DNA of 64,000 nt from an uncultured bacterium (lineage in GTDB: Bacteria > Chloroflexota > UBA5177 > JANWHV01): positions 768,001 to 832,000 of the forward strand of contig CAWHAE010000016.1 of the NCBI GenBank assembly GCA_963827235.1. Direction: 5' to 3'. Below, in pieces: positions 57,844 to 64,000 of this stretch. The notes under the pieces were generated by a model. The model was not told the DNA's origin. It worked only from the letters and a program-made list of their open reading frames with translations, and made no database searches. How positions within the stretch are numbered: the stretch's first letter is position 1; each line of letters begins with the position of its first letter. The position numbers and the translations under genes are program-made.

Positions 57844-58965
57844 TCATGCGGGAGCGGCGACGCCGGACATCTGTGTGCAAACATCCTTGAGCACGTCGGC
57901 AAACGCCGCGCGCTGAGCTGCCGGTGCCACCGTCACGCGAACCAGACGGTCCAGAGGAGTCGCGCTGCCCGTGCGCGCGAATACGCCGCGCGCTGCCAGT
58001 CCCTGCAGAACCGCCTGAGCGCGTTCGCGCGTCCCCAGGTCGAAGGCCACGAAGTTCGCCATGGATGGGAGTGCCGGCAAGCCGAGCGATCGAGCCAGCG
58101 CCAAGTAGTCCTCCCGTCCTTGCCGAACGGAGTCCACCACGGAGTGCAGGTACTCGGAATCGGCGGCGGAGGCGAGCGCACCGGCCTGGGCCACGCGATT
58201 GACGCCGAAGTGCAGCCGGATCTTCTCGAACGCGGCGACGGTGTTGCCGTGTCCGACGGCGTATCCTATCCGGGCGCCGGCCATGCCGTGCGCCTTGGAG
58301 AACGTCCTCAGCCGGAGCACATTTGCACGCGTCACATCGATAGGCAACACGTCCCGCGGCGGTGCGAAGTCGACGTAGGCCTCGTCGAGCGCCAGCATAC
58401 AGTGATCAGGCAGCCGGTCCACGAAGGCCGCGAGGCCGGCAGAGCCATGCCAGCTTCCGGTCGGATTGTCTGGATTGGCGAGGTAGACCAGACGCGCGCC
58501 CGAACGCTCCACCGCGGCCAGCAGGGCGTCGAGGTCGGGGCGATCCCGCAAATAGGGCACGGGCACGAGCCGGCCGGCAAAGCCGCCGGTGAGGTAGTTG
58601 AAGGTTGGATACGTGCCGCGCGATGTCACGGCCACGTCGCCTGGCTCGAGCACGGCGCGAGCGATCCAGGCGAGCAGCTCGTCGATGCCGCTGCCGATCA
58701 CCAGGTTCTCGATCGTGACGCCGTGCAAGTGCGCAAGCTCGACCCGCAAGTCGAAGCTCTCCGGATCGCCGTACATCCAGACGCCCTCCGCAGCAGCGCG
58801 CATGGCTGCCCGCGCGCGCGGTGACGGCCCGAACATGCTCTCATTTGCTCCAAGGCGGAGGGCCAGCGCCCGGCCGTCGGCACGCTCGATTGCCTCCGGT
58901 CCCACGAAGGGCACACTTCGCGGCAAGCCGCGTACAAGCCGCGTGAAGAACGAGTGCTCCGCCAT
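57844..58965 (-). CDS. PLP-dependent aminotransferase, HisC-like
   Basis: LGANE..FGPSP, YLANPDNPTG, DEAY.DF, RTFSKAHGMAGARIGY. Confidence 0.9.
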   Translation of the reverse strand: MAEHSFFTRLVRGLPRSVPFVGPEAIERADGRALALRLGANESMFGPSPRARAAMRAAAEGVWMYGDPESFDLRVELAHLHGVTIENLVIGSGIDELLAWIARAVLEPGDVAVTSRGTYPTFNYLTGGFAGRLVPVPYLRDRPDLDALLAAVERSGARLVYLANPDNPTGSWHGSAGLAAFVDRLPDHCMLALDEAYVDFAPPRDVLPIDVTRANVLRLRTFSKAHGMAGARIGYAVGHGNTVAAFEKIRLHFGVNRVAQAGALASAADSEYLHSVVDSVRQGREDYLALARSLGLPALPSMANFVAFDLGTRERAQAVLQGLAARGVFARTGSATPLDRLVRVTVAPAAQRAAFADVLKDVCTQMSGVAAPA

Positions 58966-59438
58966 GATTTCCCTTCCACATGGAACCACGGGCTGAAGAT
59001 TCCTATATACTCGATATTCTACCTACAGTTTACACCGTTCGCCGGAACAGCTTCTGCGCTCCCATGCTCTGCGCATCGCCGCCTACGGTCCAGTGTTCAA
59101 GGCCTTCGCGGTGCTCTCGCCCGACATGCACGAGATCGTCAGGGCCGCAGAGGCGGCGAGGACCCGCGGCTACTGGAGCATGTTGTCCGGGCTCCCGGTC
59201 ACTCTGGAACAGGCCGCATATGGCGGCGATCCCCTGTGCCCGGACCCCATCTCGTGCGCAGGGCCGCCGTCGCGGTACCCGGATAGCCCTTGTCCAGCGG
59301 CAGCGGAGCCGCCGGTGTGATTCTCTCCGATCGCAGTCGGATCGCGCGCGGCCACCGGTCATAGGGTCCGACTCTGCCCAAGCGCCGATCCGGCCCGGTA
59401 TGGATGCGCTGGCAGGCTGGCAATTCTCGGCCGGCGCC

Positions 59439-59861
59439 CTAGTCGGCGATGCTCACCGGCACCTCGCGAACCATGCCGTCCACGATGCGGAAGGCGCGGA
59501 GCTGAGGATGTTCGGCCTCCTGCAGCGTGAGGATAGCGTAATAGGCCTCGGGATAGAACGCCAGGCTGATGTCCGTGGGCGAAGGATAGGCAGGCGTGTG
59601 CGTGTGCGAATGGTAGATCACCAGCAGATCCCAGTCGCGGGCTTCCATGTCCTGCATCGCCACCAACTGGGAGCGCGGGTCCATGTTGTAGCGGTAGATG
59701 CTGGCATCCGCGTTCGGCACGGGATAAAGATGGACCGCCCGGCCTTGCGCGCCGGCGATCAGCCCGCAGGCCTCCGCCGGCACCGCCGCGCGAGATTGCT
59801 CCACGATAGCCTCGAGGTACGCGCGCGGAATAACCAGATGCTCGCCATCACCACCAGACAC
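59439..59861 (-). CDS. mec: JAMM/MPN+ (M67) peptidase, CysO-cysteine hydrolase Mec-like
   Basis: P.EACGLIAG, IYHSHT...AYPS.TD; overlaps the cysM stop. Confidence 0.85.
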   Translation of the reverse strand: MSGGDGEHLVIPRAYLEAIVEQSRAAVPAEACGLIAGAQGRAVHLYPVPNADASIYRYNMDPRSQLVAMQDMEARDWDLLVIYHSHTHTPAYPSPTDISLAFYPEAYYAILTLQEAEHPQLRAFRIVDGMVREVPVSIAD

Positions 59862-60786
59862 TGCGCTCCATCTCCTCCTCGAGCCGCGGCACGTCCGCCG
59901 TCCACAGCCGCGCGCTCATATACTTCCATCCGCCGTCGGCCAGTAGGGTGACGATATTCGCCTGCTCGCACTCCCGCGCCATGCGCAGGGCAACCTGCAG
60001 GCAGGCGCCGCCCGATACCCCGGCGAAGATGCCTTCGCGCTCGGCGAGCAGCCTCATGCCGGCCACCGCTTCCCGGTTGCTGACCAGGATGCGGCGATCG
60101 AGCATGCCGGCATCCAGGATAGGTGGCACGAATCCGTCCTCCAGGCTGCGCAGACCCTGCACCAGCTCGCCCGGCAGCGGCTCGGCGGCCACGATGCGCG
60201 CGACCGGATTGTGCTCCCGCAGGTAGCGCCCTACACCCATCAGGGTGCCGCCGGTACCTAGCCCGGCCACGAACACGTCGACGGCGGGCAGGTCGGCCAG
60301 AATCTCCGGCCCCGTGGTCCGATAGTGCGCCTCCGGATTGGCTCCGTTGCCGTACTGGTAGGGATAGTAGTACCGGCCTGGCGCCGATGAGGCGAGCTCT
60401 TTGGCGCGCATCACGGCGCCGTTGCTTCCTTGCTCGGCGGGCGAATAGACGATCTCGGCCCCGAAGACGCGCAGCAGATCCGTGCGCTCCGGCGTCAGGT
60501 TCTCCGGCATCACCACGGTCACTGGATAGCCCTTCAAGCGTCCCAGCATAGCCAGGGCGATACCCGTGTTCCCGCTGGTCGATTCCAGGATGGTCATGCC
60601 GGGTCGAAGCGCGCCGTTCTGCTCCGCGACCTCGATCATCGATCGCGCGATGCGATCCTTCACACTACCCGTGGGGTTCAGCCCCTCGAGCTTGGCGAAC
60701 AGTCGCACCGAGGGGCTGGGAGACAGTCGAGGCAGCTCAACGAGCGGGGTGTGCCCGATCGCCGTGGCCAGGTCTGGAAAGCGCAC
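59848..60786 (-). CDS. cysM: Cysteine synthase, CysM type (sulfur-carrier dependent)
   Basis: GHTPLV.L, AKLE..NPTGSVKDR, TSGNTGI, GLGTGGT, ADGGWKY, C-terminal WW; adjacent to sulfur carrier and Mec genes. Confidence 0.88.
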   Translation of the reverse strand: MRFPDLATAIGHTPLVELPRLSPSPSVRLFAKLEGLNPTGSVKDRIARSMIEVAEQNGALRPGMTILESTSGNTGIALAMLGRLKGYPVTVVMPENLTPERTDLLRVFGAEIVYSPAEQGSNGAVMRAKELASSAPGRYYYPYQYGNGANPEAHYRTTGPEILADLPAVDVFVAGLGTGGTLMGVGRYLREHNPVARIVAAEPLPGELVQGLRSLEDGFVPPILDAGMLDRRILVSNREAVAGMRLLAEREGIFAGVSGGACLQVALRMARECEQANIVTLLADGGWKYMSARLWTADVPRLEEEMERSVWW

Positions 60787-60792
60787 GAAGCC

Positions 60793-61068
60793 TCAGGATC
60801 CTCCGCCGGCCATGGCGGGCAACAGGATTATCGTGTCTGCACTGGACACGGCCGTGTCAACGCCTTGCAGCGTGCGCACGTCCTCGCCGTTCAGGTAGAC
60901 GTTGACGAACGACGAGAGCCCGTCCGCCACGCGAAGCTGGGCTCGAAGCTGGGGATACTGTTCGTAGAGGTGGCGCAGCAGCGATCCGAGATCCGATCCC
61001 TCCGCCTGCACGCGCTTCTCCCCGCCGGTCGCTTGGCGGAGCACCGGCGGAATCTGTACCGTGGCCAT
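60793..61068 (-). CDS. cysO: MoaD/ThiS/CysO ubiquitin-like sulfur carrier
   Basis: V.IP..LR..TGG, FVNVYLNGEDVR.L.G.DT, ILLPAMAGG(GS). Confidence 0.85.
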   Translation of the reverse strand: MATVQIPPVLRQATGGEKRVQAEGSDLGSLLRHLYEQYPQLRAQLRVADGLSSFVNVYLNGEDVRTLQGVDTAVSSADTIILLPAMAGGGS

Positions 61069-61135
61069 TGTTGACTGTTCCCTTCTGATCGATGAGCAAT
61101 TGGGCCGTACCGGCGGTCGCCTGCCGTCGTTGCTT

Positions 61136-62305
61136 CTACCGTGCAGGCACCGCGCATGCATAGTCGAGATCGGTCACGTGCGCGAGCGTGGCATGCTCGC
61201 CGCAGGCCGGACAATCGGGATTGGTACGCAGGTGCAGCTCCCGGAAGCTGGGCTCCAGCGCATCGAAAAGCAATAGCCGGCCCACCAGCGAGTCACCGAT
61301 GTGCAGCAGCAGCTTCAGGGCTTCCAGCGCCTGCAGGGATCCCACGATGCCGGGCAGCACGCCCAGCACGCCGGCTTCCGAGCAAGAGGGAGCCAGCTCC
61401 GGCGGCGGCGGCTCGGGGAACACGCACCGGTAACATGGACCCTGGCCGGGCTGGAACACCGTCACCTGGCCTTCGAAGCGGAAGACGCTGCCGTGGACGA
61501 CGGGTTTCCCCGTAAGCTGGCTCGCGTCGTTGAGCAGGTAGCGGGTGGGGAAGTTGTCGGCGCCGTCGACGATCACGTCGTACCGGCCGATGATGTCCAG
61601 AACGTTCTCGGCCACCAGACGCTCGTTGTGCTCGACCACGCGCACATCCGGATTCAGCGCCTCCAGCGCCTGGCGGGCGGACGAGGTCTTCGGCTGGCCG
61701 AGACGCGCCATGGTGTGCACGATCTGGCGCTGAAGGTTGGACGACTCGACCACGTCCGAATCGACCAGGCCTATGGTGCCGACGCCGGCCGCGGCCAGGT
61801 AAGAGCGCGCCGGGGAGCCGAGGCCACCCGCGCCGACCAGCAGCACCTTGCCGTCCAGCAGGGCAATCTGGCCGGCTTCCCCGATCTCCGGCAGCAACAG
61901 GTGCCGGCTATAGCGGTTCCGCTGGGCGGCGTCGAGCACCCGCGGCAGCCGGTAGGGCAGCCCGGCCTCCTTCCAGCCGTTAAAGCCCTGCCGCATCGAC
62001 ACCACGTCGGTGTAGCCCAGTCCCTGCAAAGACACGGCGGCGAGCGCCGACCGCACCCCGCCGGCGCAGTACAGGACCACGCGTCGTTCGCGGTCGGGTA
62101 CCTCCTGCTCGACGCGCATCTCGAGGTAGCCGCGAGGAATGTGCTTCGCACCGGACAGAGCGCCTTGCTCGAACTCGTCAGCCTCGCGCACGTCGATCAG
62201 GATAGGCGGATTCGGTCCCCGCAGGGACTCGAAGACCTCTGCTGGACCGGCCTCGCGTATATGTTCCCGCACCCGGCGTAGCAGCTGGGGAAAACTCTCT
62301 GCCAT
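61136..62305 (-). CDS. moeB: Rhodanese + ThiF/MoeB adenylyltransferase-sulfurtransferase (MoeZ-like, N-terminal rhodanese)
   Basis: IDVRE..E, YCAGGVRS; RYSRHLLLPEIG..GQ, VGAGGLGSP, SNLQRQ, DNFPTRY, PCYRC, SCSEAGVLG, CPAC. Confidence 0.92.
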   Translation of the reverse strand: MAESFPQLLRRVREHIREAGPAEVFESLRGPNPPILIDVREADEFEQGALSGAKHIPRGYLEMRVEQEVPDRERRVVLYCAGGVRSALAAVSLQGLGYTDVVSMRQGFNGWKEAGLPYRLPRVLDAAQRNRYSRHLLLPEIGEAGQIALLDGKVLLVGAGGLGSPARSYLAAAGVGTIGLVDSDVVESSNLQRQIVHTMARLGQPKTSSARQALEALNPDVRVVEHNERLVAENVLDIIGRYDVIVDGADNFPTRYLLNDASQLTGKPVVHGSVFRFEGQVTVFQPGQGPCYRCVFPEPPPPELAPSCSEAGVLGVLPGIVGSLQALEALKLLLHIGDSLVGRLLLFDALEPSFRELHLRTNPDCPACGEHATLAHVTDLDYACAVPAR

Positions 62306-62494
62306 GTTCACGCCCCTCGAGCGGCCATCCGCCGCGCGCTCAGCTCGCTACTATCATGTCTATCTACTTTATATACTTTTCGCGGCTATGGCGCCAACTG
62401 ACTCCGTGGCGTGCGACCTCGAAGCCCTGTCTCGATCCTGCTCGGTGGTGAGCAGGCCCTGGACCAAGGGGCGAGTGAAGTCCTGCTTCGGCCC

Positions 62495-64000
62495 TCAGGC
62501 AACCTGGATGGCCGGCTGCTGGGTCTCTTCGGCGGGATAGGTGCGCCGCAGCACGATGCCCATCAGAGTGCCCACGATTGCCACGGCCACGACTACCTTG
62601 AAGGTATCGGAGAACGCCGATGCCGCGGCCTGCCCCGAGGCGAACTGCAGCTGCTGGGTCATGGCCGCCTTGGCGCTCGCCGACAGCTGCTGTACGCCCT
62701 GGTACTGCGCCATGACGTGCGCCTGGGCGTTGGCGACGTTCGTATGCGTGCGCTGAGTCAGGATGGTGGCCAGGGTGCCACCGTGATCGAGGTCACGACC
62801 TGCGACAAGGCATTGGTCAACGACGTGACGCGGCTCACCAGCTTTCGCGGCGCCGCGTTGATCAGGTGCGTGTTCATCGGCATCAGCAGCAAGCCCATGC
62901 CCACGCCGTAGAGCGCGAGCGGCAGGATGAGGTCCAGGGCCGGTAGTGGAGAGGCTGACGCCGGTCAGGATATACGCGGCACAGCGCGACCACCGCGCCG
63001 CCGCTCAGCACGAGCGGGCGAGCGCCGAGCTTGTCAAAGAGGATGCCGCCGATGGGCATGGCCACCGCCGCGCCAAACGCCAGCGGCAGCAGGCTGAGGC
63101 CGGTATCGAAGGCGCCGTAGCCGCGCACGCCTTGCAGGAAGAGCGGCACGAGCAGCAAGGCGCCGAACATGCCGAACAGCGTGATCCATTGCACAGGGAT
63201 CGCCAGGCTGAAGTCCACGGACTTGAAGACGCGCAGCTCGAGCAGCGGCGCCTCGCGCGCAGCTCGGCCACGACGAACAGCACCAGCGCCACCACGCCCA
63301 CCACGATGCCGCCGATCGTGTTGACAGAGGTCCAGCTCGTGCTGCCCTCGCTGATGCCGTAGCAGAGCGCGGCAAAGGCCAGCGGTGCCAGGATCATTCC
63401 GGTGAGGTCGAGCGCGGCCACCGTCTGGCGCTCGATCTTGGGCAGGCTGCGGATGCCCAAGGTGACGCCGGTGATGCCGACCGGTAGGTTGAGCAGGAAG
63501 ATCCAGCGCCAGCTGTGATACTGCACCAGCCAGCCGGCCAGCACGGGGCCGATGGCGGGGGCGAAGAGGGTCGGTATGCCCATGATCGCCATCAGCAAGC
63601 CGACCTTTTCCGGCGGGCTGAGCCGGAACGTGTAGGCCATGGCAATGGGAATCACACAGCCGCCGCCGATACCCTGCAGGACCCGGAAAGCAATGAGCGC
63701 ATCGGCGCCCTGCGCCGTGGCGCAGAGCACGGAGCCGAGAGTGAACAGGGCGACGGAAGTCAGGAAAATATACTTGGCGCCAAATCGGTCCGAAAGCCAG
63801 CCGGCAAGAGGGATGACCGCCGCCTGGGCAAGGGTGTAGCCGGTGACCGTCCACTGCACCGTACTGAGCGGGGTCTTGAAGTCGACGACGAGCCTCTGCA
63901 GGGCGACGTTGACGGCGGTACCGTCGAGCACGACCATGAAGATGCCGATGATGATGGTGATGAGCGGCACGAGCACGGAGCGCAGCCTGAACGGAACGGC
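62495..64000 (-). pseudogene. DHA2 MFS transporter with several frameshifts, 5' end beyond window
   Basis: LDGTAVNVAL, GWLSDRFGAK, WRWIFLLNLPVG; continues in other frames after ~63255 (PLLELRVFKS..LVPLFLQ), ~62980-62940 and ~62800, ending SAFSDTF..QVA at 62495. Confidence 0.8.

Noticed and set aside
59093-59320. 75-aa ORF with a GDPLC motif (V4R-like?)
   Set aside because: Resemblance too weak; possibly a fragment but not supportable without a search.

Overview
GC-rich bacterial window. Pro/Thr-linked secreted proteins and the gene mix suggest a soil Chloroflexota-like genome (inference only). No rRNA, tRNA, CRISPR or intact mobile element was recognised. The centrepiece (about 20.9-41.5 kb) is a candidate c-di-GMP-controlled surface-glycan locus. 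It contains an Egghead/BRE-3-like GT2 with D,D,D,QxxRW motifs, translationally coupled to an unusual 2TM-PilZ-GT-C(PMT/ArnT-like)-Ig fusion with intact c-di-GMP motifs. Around it are four GH26 paralogues carrying eight copies of an aromatic-rich Ig-like module, an intact c-di-GMP-I riboswitch plus a degenerate copy, twin GT2 genes identical except at the catalytic motif, a GT4, a second GT-C and a GT4-GAF fusion. The left flank has a FapA-PilZ-like gene, atypical receivers, a hemerythrin, PadR/MFS, an ECF sigma with an in-frame stop in a hairpin loop, apbE, nth and a 303-bp-repeat secreted protein behind a Pho-box-like promoter. The right flank has a LacI/sugar-ABC/2xGH116 operon, a mosaic relic of RuBisCO-like protein/cupin/MetY genes and a moeZ-cysO-cysM-mec cysteine pathway. 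Several frameshifts suggest indel-prone assembly, so single-base observations need read-level checking. All family assignments are by motif recognition; no searches were run.
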